Part shown: one piece after another, positions 41,904-51,247 of the stretch
How the letters are laid out: every line of letters starts with the position of its first letter
Position numbering within the stretch: the first letter of the stretch is position 1
NCBI GenBank assembly: GCA_051750265.1
Contig: JBNJJO010000013.1
Location: 20,946 to 84,945, forward strand
Source of the DNA: Bacillota bacterium
Lineage (GTDB): Bacteria > Bacillota > Bacilli > Bacillales > Bacillaceae
Direction of reading: 5' to 3'
DNA length: 64,000 nucleotides
Program-made: the position numbers and the translations under genes
The notes under the pieces: model-generated
Databases searched by the model: none
The model's input: the letters and a program-made list of their open reading frames with translations, nothing else
Told to the model about the DNA's origin: nothing

Positions 41904-42836
41904 CTAATGCTGTGTTGAAAAGAATCTCCATAATATGGATGATGCATCCGGGCCCAGTGGATCCGTATAGGAACCATTTGGGCTTCCACCAGACCATTTA
42001 TGTCCCATTCTGTCAATCATCCAAAGTTCCATTAATGAAAATCCATCCTTATCGTTGTACACATGTTGGGTATAGCTTCTTTCATTTGAAATACCCGTCT
42101 TTAGAAAAGCAGGTGTCACATCTACTTTGCCTTTACCACCTTCCACAAGGAAATTGGTTTGAGCCCATTGTATAATAACCTGCTGCCCATTAATCGGGTG
42201 CACAGTGGTATCACAGATACCGTGAAAAACAATGACAGGCATTTTCCTTTTAAAATTCCCCATTTCATCATAGGCCTTCCTCCCACACTCATACGGATCG
42301 GATGTACCTTGAATCATGACATCTCTTGCAGATTTTGCCGTTGGATCAGTTGTGATTAATACATCTACGGCATCATACGGTAATCCGGAACATATTCCAA
42401 TTCCACTAAATACATCTGGATAGGTCACTCCAAGAATGGTAGCCATAGCTGCGCCTGCAGATAAACCAGTTGCATACACCTTATTTGAGTCAATACTATA
42501 ATTTTTTTTGACATCATCGATTATTCCTTTAATAATCTGAGGCTGACCTCCTTGACGATGCTGATTATAATCTAAAAACCAGTTCCAGCATCCATCAAGA
42601 TTAAATTGAGCAAGATTAAAAGGGTTAAACAAGCGATTCATCTCTGGGTAAAGTACAATAAAGTTTTCTTGTTCAGCAAGATGATTCATTTTTGTTCCTG
42701 TAGCAAAGTCATCCGGATCCTGTTTACAACCATGAAGCATCACCATCAAAGGTACATCGTTTCCCTCTATGTACCGGCTCGGTACATAAAGTTTATACTT
42801 GTAGCCTGAGTGTGTATATTCCGAGAAGCTACTCAT
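41904..42836 (-). CDS. PHB depolymerase/LpqC-family esterase
   Basis: YKLYVP, VMLHGCKQ, GCWNWF, GLSAG lipase box, FHGICDTTV, MGHKWSGG, GPDAS; no signal peptide. Confidence 0.88.
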   Translation of the reverse strand: MSSFSEYTHSGYKYKLYVPSRYIEGNDVPLMVMLHGCKQDPDDFATGTKMNHLAEQENFIVLYPEMNRLFNPFNLAQFNLDGCWNWFLDYNQHRQGGQPQIIKGIIDDVKKNYSIDSNKVYATGLSAGAAMATILGVTYPDVFSGIGICSGLPYDAVDVLITTDPTAKSARDVMIQGTSDPYECGRKAYDEMGNFKRKMPVIVFHGICDTTVHPINGQQVIIQWAQTNFLVEGGKGKVDVTPAFLKTGISNERSYTQHVYNDKDGFSLMELWMIDRMGHKWSGGSPNGSYTDPLGPDASSILWRFFSTQH

Positions 42837-42981
42837 GACATCACATCCCACTTATAAATAATATTCGACTCCACATTTCTCGCGGAAACCCTGTATAAAC
42901 GTTAAAAATATTTCTTTTTTCATAATAATTAAGCAGAACATAGAGATAATCCATGCCATTTTTTACTTAGTCTTTATCCAA

Positions 42982-43165
42982 GGCTCTTTTCTAAAAGTTT
43001 GTTGCTTTTAGACTTATAAAAATCGGCTTTTGGATTTTTATTGTAGAAACTATAAGCAATTTCAAGAGAGTAACACTTAGTAAATAAGCGAAAAGAGCAC
43101 TAAGATAGGCTATATCTGTAAAGTATAGTTATTTACGAAAAGCAACAATCTTTGCGAAAACAGCC
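42982..43165 (-). mobile_element. MITE family A, copy 3 (inverted)
   Basis: Reverse complement of copy 1; 8-bp duplication TTATCCAA/TTACCCAA. Confidence 0.9.
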
Positions 43166-43675
43166 TTACCCAAAGAGCATTACTCCTACATAGATTCCTG
43201 ATTCCTGATCCTTATTTCATCTTTTCCAAGTTGGTACTTATCTAATCTTAGTTTTTCACTCCTGAACATAATCTCCATCCCAAATAATTTTAATAGTTCT
43301 GAAATGTAAAATTCACTTTCATGTTGTTATTATCATATAACGATTCAGCAATTCTGTGCTAGTTCCACATAAGGAGAACCTACCCACATGACCATCAAAT
43401 AGATAGATCTGTTATGTTTTAATGCCAATGCTAGTAGAGTAGACATGGATTCTGAGGAGTTATTTTATATATCAGAAGATGCAATGCAAAATCAGTTACA
43501 AAGTACACCTACCTTCATTTACATGAATCAAAAAAAGGCTGCTGCGGCTCTGGCTGAGCGAAGAAAAAGATTAAAGTGACTATTAACACTAATTACTTGC
43601 GCTTACGGATTTACAACAAATTTAAAAAAAAGAAAAAAATGTAAACCCTTACAATATATTATACCATGCAAGCAA

Positions 43676-43768
43676 CTCGAGGTGCTAGGCATCCGACTTT
43701 TACAAAGTCGGACTGCTGAAGCTGGATGCCGAGCGATTATCCACAGTCCTAGAATTTTATAATTTCCT
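43676..43768 (+). repeat. Structured repeat, copy 2 (3' half)
   Basis: CTCGAGGTGCTAGGCATCCGACTTTTACAAAGTCGGA...; TTATCCACA at 43737-43745. Confidence 0.85.
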
Positions 43769-43779
43769 GGTAAATGTAC

Positions 43780-43965
43780 AAAAGCGCAAACGCCTTGATT
43801 AGCCTCGGGCAAATAAGACGCTCATGAATAGAAGGTGTTTTTTACCTTCAATTCATGAGTGGCTTATGACCTCGAGGGGCTAGGCATCCGATTTTTCACA
43901 AAGTCGGACTGCTGGAGCTGGATGTCAAGCGCTTATCCACAGTACAAGAATTTTATAATTTCTTA
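43780..43965 (+). repeat. Structured repeat, copy 3 (longest)
   Basis: AAAAGCGCAAACGCCTTG...nested hairpins...GGGGCTAGGC...GGAGCTGGA; TTATCCACA at 43933-43941. Confidence 0.85.
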
Positions 43966-44138
43966 AAAACAAAAAAAAGGCACCGTCACTTGTTTTTATA
44001 GCAACGCTACCCCTCATTAAGTACAATAAGATATTACTTTTCTAAAAACATACAATAGTATCTTGATATGTCGTTTCCACATCAAATTCACTACTCACAT
44101 GATTGCTATCTTTTCGTTTGCCTCAAACCCAATAAAAT

Positions 44139-44798
44139 TTAACCTAACAGATCGATTACATCATTCAGTTCTCTTGCACTTTTTGCAGGATCATCTGCAA
44201 GACTTATAGCTGTAATGACTGATACACCGTTACCTCCACTTTTAATAACAGGTGCTGCATTTTCTGAAGTAATTCCTCCAATACCTACAATAGGTATATG
44301 GATGCCCTTATTCCGAACTTCCAGTAAAAGTGTCGTGCCCTGGGCTGATTTTGCATCTTCTTTTGTTGTAGTTGAGTATATAGGGCCAATTCCTAAATAA
44401 TCTGCTCCTTGGGCAATCGCTTTATCAACTTCTTCAAGATTATGAGTTGAAACTCCAAGAATTTTGTCTCCGATTTTCCGTCTAACTACTTCAGCTGATT
44501 CATCATCTTGTCCAATATGAACACCATCTGCATTAAGAGCAAGGGCTAACTCTATATCATCGTTTACAATGAACGGAATTGTATGTTTTTTGCAAATGCT
44601 TTGTAATTGTTTTGCAAAGTGATATTTTTCATCCCCTTTTAAAGCACCGTTTCCTTTTTCTCTATACTGAAATAGTGATATACCCCCTTTGATTGCTTGT
44701 TCAAGTACATGTTTAGGGTGCATTTTGCAATTAGTGCTGCCCATAATAAAGTATACTCGCAGTAAATCACACATGTCTTCTGTCGAAATTCTTGCCAA
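44139..44798 (-). CDS. thiE: Thiamine-phosphate synthase
   Basis: [36 protein letters not shown]; TTG start after an AAGGGG RBS. Confidence 0.95.
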   Translation of the reverse strand: MARISTEDMCDLLRVYFIMGSTNCKMHPKHVLEQAIKGGISLFQYREKGNGALKGDEKYHFAKQLQSICKKHTIPFIVNDDIELALALNADGVHIGQDDESAEVVRRKIGDKILGVSTHNLEEVDKAIAQGADYLGIGPIYSTTTKEDAKSAQGTTLLLEVRNKGIHIPIVGIGGITSENAAPVIKSGGNGVSVITAISLADDPAKSARELNDVIDLLG

Positions 44799-44799
44799 T

Positions 44800-45627
44800 C
44801 TATTTCTTCCCCTTACTGGCGATATTGGAGTGTTGTCGCTTTTGATACGCCCAGTGATTCGTTGGACCATGACCATTTCCGATTTCTAAGTCATCTTCAA
44901 TTGCAGCTTGGATAAAGTCTTTAGCTGTTGCTACAGCACGTTTAACTGAATTTCCATTTGCAAGCTCTGCAGTAACAGCTGCAGCAAATGTGCAACCTGT
45001 TCCATGTGTATTCTTTGTGGCAATTCGTTTACCTGTAAAATAAGTAAACTCTTCACCGTTATACAATACGTCAACCAATTCCTTGCCTTCATCGTGTCCA
45101 CCTTTGATTACGACATGTTTAGCACCTAGTTGATAAAGTCGTTTTGCAGCTTCCAATCGATCATCCAACGTACGAATGCTCATATCGGCTAGCACTTCAG
45201 CTTCAGGAATGTTAGGTGTAATCACCATAGCCAAAGGTAAAAGATGTTCTTTCATTGCTGTAACAGCTTCATTTTGAAGTAAAGATGCTCCACCTTTAGC
45301 AATCATGACTGGGTCAACTACGACATTTTCCCATTGAAACTCATTTATACACTCAGAGACTGCTTGAATAATGTCACTGCTGAACAGCATCCCAGTTTTT
45401 ATCGCATTTGTTCCTAGATCTCTTCCGATTGATTCAATTTGGTTCACTACAGCTTCGACAGATAAAGGATATACACCATGTACACCAAGTGTATTTTGTG
45501 CCGTAACAGCAGTAATTGCTGACATACCAAACACATTTAACTCTTGGAAGGTCTTCAAATCGGCTTGGATTCCTGCACCTCCACCACTATCTGAGCCTGC
45601 AATTGTTAATGCCTTTTTTATAGCCAT
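44800..45627 (-). CDS. thiD: HMP/HMP-P kinase
   Basis: [37 protein letters not shown]. Confidence 0.96.
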   Translation of the reverse strand: MAIKKALTIAGSDSGGGAGIQADLKTFQELNVFGMSAITAVTAQNTLGVHGVYPLSVEAVVNQIESIGRDLGTNAIKTGMLFSSDIIQAVSECINEFQWENVVVDPVMIAKGGASLLQNEAVTAMKEHLLPLAMVITPNIPEAEVLADMSIRTLDDRLEAAKRLYQLGAKHVVIKGGHDEGKELVDVLYNGEEFTYFTGKRIATKNTHGTGCTFAAAVTAELANGNSVKRAVATAKDFIQAAIEDDLEIGNGHGPTNHWAYQKRQHSNIASKGKK

Positions 45628-45650
45628 TTCATTCTCTCCTTACATTCTTA

Positions 45651-46457
45651 TTACAGTTTATCGACTGAGGCATACTTACGTATATCTTCTGAGGAAACCT
45701 TCGATAATTGATTTAAAAATTCAATTTGAAAGCTCCCTGGTCCTTCTTCTTCTGTTCGTTTTGCAGCCATTTCGGAAGTAACACCATAGGTAGCTAGTGC
45801 TGCAACCGAAGCGAGTAGTAAGTCCTTTTCTACAGCTGAAAAGGCACCTATTACTGAACTTAATAAACATCCTGTTCCTGTTACTTTTGTTAAAATGGGA
45901 TGTCCGTTGTGAACGACATAAGTGGTTCTACCATCTGTAATAACATCATCTTTCCCAGTTATAATGACCGTAGTTTTTAGCTTCTTTGCTGCTGTCTGAG
46001 CTACTTCAACCGTGTTACCAGTTCCTTCACCAGCATCAACGCCTTTAATGGCCCATACTTCCCCGATAACATTCGCGATTTCAGCAGCATTTCCTCTTAA
46101 GATGGAAATCGATAATTCATCGACAATTCGACGTGCTGTTTCTGTTCGATAAGGAGTGGCACCAGCACCGACTGGATCAAAAATAACTGGTACCTTATGC
46201 TCATTTGCCGATTTTCCTGCGATCAGCATGGCCTCAATTTCTGAGTGTGTTAAAGTACCAATATTTAAGACGAGTGCACCTGCAATTCTCGCCATATCTG
46301 CAACTTCTTCTTTTGCATATGCCATGACAGGTGATGCTCCTAATGCTAAAAGGCCATTTGCTGTAAAGTTTGTTACCACGACATTCGTAATATTATGGAC
46401 AAGCGGATTTTGCTGTTTCACTTTTTCTAATGTACTTAGTAGTTGTTCATTATTCAT
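45651..46457 (-). CDS. thiM: Hydroxyethylthiazole kinase
   Basis: [41 protein letters not shown]. Confidence 0.96.
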   Translation of the reverse strand: MNNEQLLSTLEKVKQQNPLVHNITNVVVTNFTANGLLALGASPVMAYAKEEVADMARIAGALVLNIGTLTHSEIEAMLIAGKSANEHKVPVIFDPVGAGATPYRTETARRIVDELSISILRGNAAEIANVIGEVWAIKGVDAGEGTGNTVEVAQTAAKKLKTTVIITGKDDVITDGRTTYVVHNGHPILTKVTGTGCLLSSVIGAFSAVEKDLLLASVAALATYGVTSEMAAKRTEEEGPGSFQIEFLNQLSKVSSEDIRKYASVDKL

Positions 46458-46483
46458 TTGTTTGTGCCCCTCTCTTTATGATT

Positions 46484-47251
46484 CTAATTCATCACAAGTC
46501 CGCCATCTACATATAGAGTCTGACCTGTCATAAACCGGCTCCAATCTGATGCCAAAAATAGTACAGGTCCTTCTATATCACTAGGGGATGCTAGTCTCCT
46601 TAAAGGAGTTTGTGAAATAATCATTTCCTTTACTTCTTCCTTTGTATAACGGCTTGCATCGGTCGGATAAACGAGACCTGGTGCAACGCAATTTACGCGG
46701 ATGCCGAAGGAACCTAGTTCTGCTGCTAAATTTTTACTATATCCAACAAGAGCGGCTTTAGCCGTAGTATACTCAGGATACGGGATAATAGGTCTTTCAA
46801 CTAAATTGCTGACCATATTGATAATGCTACCTTGACTTTGTTTTTTCATTGCTGGTAAAACTGCTTGACATACGTTATGGGTAGAACGGACTGCTCCATC
46901 AATTTGCCCCTGATAATCCTCCCAAGTTAATTGCCATGCCAATTTACGTTGATCAGGATCAAAGACAAATGGTTTAAACGCATTGTTTACCACCACATCG
47001 ATTTTTCCCGCTTCTAAAAGTATTTCATCTACCATCTCATTGACAGCATGCTCTGACGTGACGTCCGCTTGGATTGCCCAGGAATCACCACCAAGGTCAA
47101 TACAAGATGTAACAATTTCCACAGCAGCTGTTTTGTTTTGAAGATAATTTACAACAACGATTGCTCCTTCTCTTGCAAATCCACGAGCAAGCGATGCTCC
47201 AATCCCACGGCTCGAGCCAGTAACAAGGACTACTTTATTTTGAAATTTCAT
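46484..47251 (-). CDS. SDR oxidoreductase in the thiamine operon (OarX-like)
   Basis: TGSSRGIG, VVNNA, YTTAK catalytic motif, APGLVYPTDAS; immediately upstream of thiM. Confidence 0.85.
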   Translation of the reverse strand: MKFQNKVVLVTGSSRGIGASLARGFAREGAIVVVNYLQNKTAAVEIVTSCIDLGGDSWAIQADVTSEHAVNEMVDEILLEAGKIDVVVNNAFKPFVFDPDQRKLAWQLTWEDYQGQIDGAVRSTHNVCQAVLPAMKKQSQGSIINMVSNLVERPIIPYPEYTTAKAALVGYSKNLAAELGSFGIRVNCVAPGLVYPTDASRYTKEEVKEMIISQTPLRRLASPSDIEGPVLFLASDWSRFMTGQTLYVDGGLVMN

Positions 47252-47266
47252 ATTAACTCTCCCCTG

Positions 47267-48289
47267 TTATTTCTTCGGAATAAGGTCTTCACTTACAATC
47301 CCATCGATATCGAGCTTATTTTCAATCAAGCCTAACCTTTGATATGTATCTGCTGCTTGCTGAAGTACATCGATATCAAACGCACCGAGCCCTTTTTCCT
47401 CTGTTGTAGGGGAGACACTTGAAGTATTTCGGATTTTAATTATTTCTAAATTATTTTCTTCCACTTTACCGTCGATTGCATGTTTAACCGCTAATGATGC
47501 AGCTACATCTGGGTTATTTATCATCCATTCAGCACTATTCTTATAGCCTATTAAAAACTTTTGCAATAGCTCTTTTTTCTCCTGATATGTCTCCTCAGTT
47601 ACAACAAACACATCACTTGGAAAGTTTAAGTAGTCTTTTACCTCCATTACATTTACTTCACCTAAGCCTTTTTGCTTACCAATAAAAAGACCTGTGTCAG
47701 TGGCAGCCGTCGCATCCACTTGACCTTGCATTAATGGAGCAAAATTTAATAGGCCTGTTTCAACGATCGTAACATCTTCTTCCGTTAACCCAGCTTCATG
47801 TAGCAACACCAATAGATTTTGCCTCGTTCCACTAGAAAGACTATATACACCGATGGTTTTACCTTTTAAATCTTCTGGTTTTGTTATGTTTTTTTCCTTT
47901 AATGACACGATATTAAAGACGTTTTGCGGATAAATATTGTAAATCACTCTCAGTTTTTCTCCTTTGTCTAATGCAAAGAACAAAGAACCAGGATCTGTAA
48001 AGGCAATATCCGCTTTACCAGAAACGATATTTTTTAACGCATCCCCTCCCCCTGCACCAGGAATAAATGTCATATTTAACCCCTGTTCCTCGAAGAATTT
48101 TTTCTCTTCATCAACTAATAAATTTGTTTGTTCAGTAATGGGTTGACTCCAGCTCGCTACTCGAATACTCTCGCTCGTTTTTTCTTTTGGTGCTGTTTCT
48201 TCTTTTTCTGAAGAAGAATCTTGGTTACATGCAGTTAATAAAGTTAGTAATGCTACTAAAACAACGTTCATAACGATTTTTACTTTCAT
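47267..48289 (-). CDS. ABC substrate-binding lipoprotein, NMT1/THI5 (ThiY-like) family
   Basis: Lipobox LTAC; FFEEQGL, GAGGGDAL, DLKGKTIG motifs of the SsuA/THI5 fold. Confidence 0.88.
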   Translation of the reverse strand: MKVKIVMNVVLVALLTLLTACNQDSSSEKEETAPKEKTSESIRVASWSQPITEQTNLLVDEEKKFFEEQGLNMTFIPGAGGGDALKNIVSGKADIAFTDPGSLFFALDKGEKLRVIYNIYPQNVFNIVSLKEKNITKPEDLKGKTIGVYSLSSGTRQNLLVLLHEAGLTEEDVTIVETGLLNFAPLMQGQVDATAATDTGLFIGKQKGLGEVNVMEVKDYLNFPSDVFVVTEETYQEKKELLQKFLIGYKNSAEWMINNPDVAASLAVKHAIDGKVEENNLEIIKIRNTSSVSPTTEEKGLGAFDIDVLQQAADTYQRLGLIENKLDIDGIVSEDLIPKK

Positions 48290-49041
48290 CTTTTTTTCTC
48301 CTTTGTATATGGTCTTAAAAACCATTTTTCTACTACGTTCACGATCTCATAAAGAATCATACCTAAAGCAGTGAGTAAAATGAGTACGGCAAACATAAGT
48401 GGCGTGTCCATCATCCCTTGAGAAGCAATAATCATCGCCCCTAATCCTTCACTTCCACCAATAAATTCTCCAACAACGGCTCCAACAACAGCTAAAACAA
48501 CTGCGACTCGAAATCCTGCCATAATCCCTGGTAAACCTGCTGGAATTTTTAAGTGGACCAATGTTTGCCAACGTGTTGCGTCTAATACACGAAATAACTC
48601 TTTTTTATTTGGATCCGTCTGTTGAATTGAAGTAATCGTATTTTCAAGTAATGGAAAGAAACAAATGAGTGCAGTAATCACAACTTTCGATGTCATACCA
48701 AATCCAAACCATAAAATAAACAATGGTGCTAATGCTAGCTTCGGAACTGCCTGACTTGCAATGACATAGGGGAGTAGAATGCGGCGTAAAAATTCAATTT
48801 CTCCCATTAAAATACCGGTTAGTAGACCTAAAAGGCTCCCGAAAAAGAGTCCTAGACACACTTCCAAAGTTGTTCGGTAAATATGAGGCAATAAATACCC
48901 AATGGTTAATCCTTCCCATAGCACAGCAAGAACAGTTGAGGGGGCTGGTAAAATCAGCTCTGACATCGAACTTGCTGCGAGCTCCCAGCCTATAATCAAA
49001 CAGACAAACAGAAGAAATGAATAAATCCGAAAGCTTCTCAT
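48286..49041 (-). CDS. ABC permease (SsuC/ThiX-like)
   Basis: LPAPS, SQAVPKLALAPLFILWFGFG, AVVGEF; start overlaps the ATPase stop (ATGA). Confidence 0.9.
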   Translation of the reverse strand: MRSFRIYSFLLFVCLIIGWELAASSMSELILPAPSTVLAVLWEGLTIGYLLPHIYRTTLEVCLGLFFGSLLGLLTGILMGEIEFLRRILLPYVIASQAVPKLALAPLFILWFGFGMTSKVVITALICFFPLLENTITSIQQTDPNKKELFRVLDATRWQTLVHLKIPAGLPGIMAGFRVAVVLAVVGAVVGEFIGGSEGLGAMIIASQGMMDTPLMFAVLILLTALGMILYEIVNVVEKWFLRPYTKEKKR

Positions 49042-49784
49042 GCTGTTCCTCCATTCATGACATCGCGCACCTTTAAACAAAGTTCGTTAAACGTAGAACT
49101 ATATCTGTTTTCAACCTTACGTGGCTTTGGTAGCGTTACCTCAAAGTCATAAGCAATTTGACCTTCCATCATCACCGCTACATGGTCAGATAAGTAAACC
49201 GCTTCCGATATATCATGTGTAATAAACAGCACTGTTATCTTATCGTTTTGACAAAGAGTTAACAGATCATCCTGTAACTCCTCTCTTGTAATCGCGTCTA
49301 GTGCAGCAAATGGCTCGTCCAAATATAACATCGTTGGATTTTTAATAAGTGCGCGTGCAATCGCTACCCTACTTTGCTGTCCTCCAGAAAGTTCTGTTGG
49401 GTAGTGATTCTGGTACTCTTCAAGCTTCATCACTTGTAATAAAGAACAGGCTCGATCACGTTCTTCCTTCCTTGGTTTTCTTTTCAGTGAAATAGGCAGG
49501 AGGATATTATCGATTACCGTCTTCCATTCCAATAAAGTAGGTGCCTGGAAAACAAACCCTACTTCAGGCGACGGCTTCATAACTTTCTCCTTTCCTAAGT
49601 AAACGGTTCCCTGGTCTGGTTGCAAAAGTCCTGAGGCAATTTTTAATAACGTTGTTTTCCCACAGCCACTTCTACCTAGTAAACTGTGAAATTCCCCCTC
49701 TTTGATCTTCCATGTTGTATCTTTGATAATCGTTTTTTTTCCTTCATAACTATACGTTACTTCATCAATGACCAAAAAACTCAT
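49038..49784 (-). CDS. ABC ATPase (SsuB/ThiZ-like)
   Basis: GRSGCGKT, LSGGQ, LDEPFAALD, ITHD. Confidence 0.93.
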   Translation of the reverse strand: MSFLVIDEVTYSYEGKKTIIKDTTWKIKEGEFHSLLGRSGCGKTTLLKIASGLLQPDQGTVYLGKEKVMKPSPEVGFVFQAPTLLEWKTVIDNILLPISLKRKPRKEERDRACSLLQVMKLEEYQNHYPTELSGGQQSRVAIARALIKNPTMLYLDEPFAALDAITREELQDDLLTLCQNDKITVLFITHDISEAVYLSDHVAVMMEGQIAYDFEVTLPKPRKVENRYSSTFNELCLKVRDVMNGGTA

Positions 49785-49795
49785 GTTGTCATCTC

Positions 49796-51247
49796 CTAAT
49801 CTACATAAGAAGCGAGACTTTCTGCATACTCTTCAGCACTATGTTCAATATCGACCATATTGACAAGATCAAGTAAGTTGCAACGGCCATCATGATGCCA
49901 TCCAGCCTCAGGGGATGTCATAGACCCTAGACCTGTAATGCGTGTAACTCCAGCTTTTCCTAATAAATCTGCAAGGTGAAAAAGTTCATTAGGAGTACTA
50001 GTTATTCCCACAGTTTGCAAATAAGATCGATATGTTTCTATATACGAAATCACTTCATTAAGCTCGTCCACTGCAATCACTTTGATCACCCTGTTTAAAC
50101 AGCTTGGTGTTAGCTCTCCTTCATTTCCCCCGTATACAACCGTCCATGCACCACTCGGTTCAGCTAACACTTCTTTTTCTCGATTTGAAAACATACTAAA
50201 TTCTTCTTTTTGTCTCCATTCTGCCAGACTTGCTCCTTCTTCGATTGAAAGAACCCTGCGAGGATATCTTTTTTCAAAGCCCTCCAACTCATGTGCTAAA
50301 TATCTAGCAAACTCTCTTGGAGAAACATTCCCTCCATTTTGCACGTAAAATACATGGGGGGAATAACAGCCTTGCTGATCATATCGAATGACATCATATG
50401 CGGCATGATGGATGGTTTTCCAAGCTTTACGAGAGTCAAGACACATCTTTGAGATAACCCCAAAACTAATTTTGTGTCCAAATGGTAAAAAACGGGTTGT
50501 TATTGGGACACGGCTTTTTATCGATTCCAATGATTCATTGCCACCATAGGCAAGTACAACATCTGCTTGTTGAAACAATTGACGTTCCTTTTCTTCATCG
50601 CCGCCCTTCCACCAAACGACAGCTAAACAATCAGCCAACTTTGGTTCGGCTTCTACTAGCATTTTTGCAAACCAACCTGCAAATAATGGTTCAGCACTCG
50701 GTACTTTCCCGATACTTCCTGATTTAACTAAAAGACTAGAAATAAGGCTCCATAATGGAAGGGCTGGTACATTCCCTGCCCAAATTTGAACCGTTACATT
50801 CGGCCCAATAGCCTTAGAGAATCCCCTTTTAGATCTTGGCTGGAAATCGTCAAGAAGCAAAGGGTTTCCGAAATCTTCTACAAGAAATCGCTGTAAATTT
50901 TGTTTACGAAATGTTTTTAAATACCCTGTCAACCCGATCCTTACCAGTTCTTCATCATAACCTGTGATAATAGGTAATAGCTTTTCAGCTTTTTGACGAT
51001 ATCTATTTGTACGATCAAGAAGCTGTTCAATGACAGTGTTAATCACTTGAACGATGTCGGAAATCGTAATTGACTTTAATATGTTAGCACTTGCTTGTTT
51101 TACATTTTCAACAACTTTATCCATCTGTTCTTTTGTTAACACTGGAACCTGAACCTCAAGCTTTTCATCTTCCCCTTCAAATGTTAAGGTCTTATATTCA
51201 AGCTCCTCATCCCCGATATACGGAAGATAGCCTGCTATTTCCTTCAT
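49796..51247 (-). CDS. LuxC-family acyl-CoA/acyl-protein reductase
   Basis: ALDH-like fold; IWAGNVP, VLAYGG, FGHKISF, YDQQGCYSP (catalytic Cys), HHDG C-terminal motif. Confidence 0.88.
   Translation of the reverse strand: MKEIAGYLPYIGDEELEYKTLTFEGEDEKLEVQVPVLTKEQMDKVVENVKQASANILKSITISDIVQVINTVIEQLLDRTNRYRQKAEKLLPIITGYDEELVRIGLTGYLKTFRKQNLQRFLVEDFGNPLLLDDFQPRSKRGFSKAIGPNVTVQIWAGNVPALPLWSLISSLLVKSGSIGKVPSAEPLFAGWFAKMLVEAEPKLADCLAVVWWKGGDEEKERQLFQQADVVLAYGGNESLESIKSRVPITTRFLPFGHKISFGVISKMCLDSRKAWKTIHHAAYDVIRYDQQGCYSPHVFYVQNGGNVSPREFARYLAHELEGFEKRYPRRVLSIEEGASLAEWRQKEEFSMFSNREKEVLAEPSGAWTVVYGGNEGELTPSCLNRVIKVIAVDELNEVISYIETYRSYLQTVGITSTPNELFHLADLLGKAGVTRITGLGSMTSPEAGWHHDGRCNLLDLVNMVDIEHSAEEYAESLASYVD

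Noticed and set aside
43388-43579. Small ORF with an RBS and an early in-frame TAG (possible amber readthrough)
   Set aside because: No pyl or other recoding machinery in the window and no recognisable homology; most simply a decayed or spurious ORF.
43676-43965. CRISPR array or replication origin (tandem repeats, DnaA boxes)
   Set aside because: Units are long and structured with no repeat-spacer periodicity and no cas genes. There are only two DnaA boxes here and no dnaA/dnaN context.
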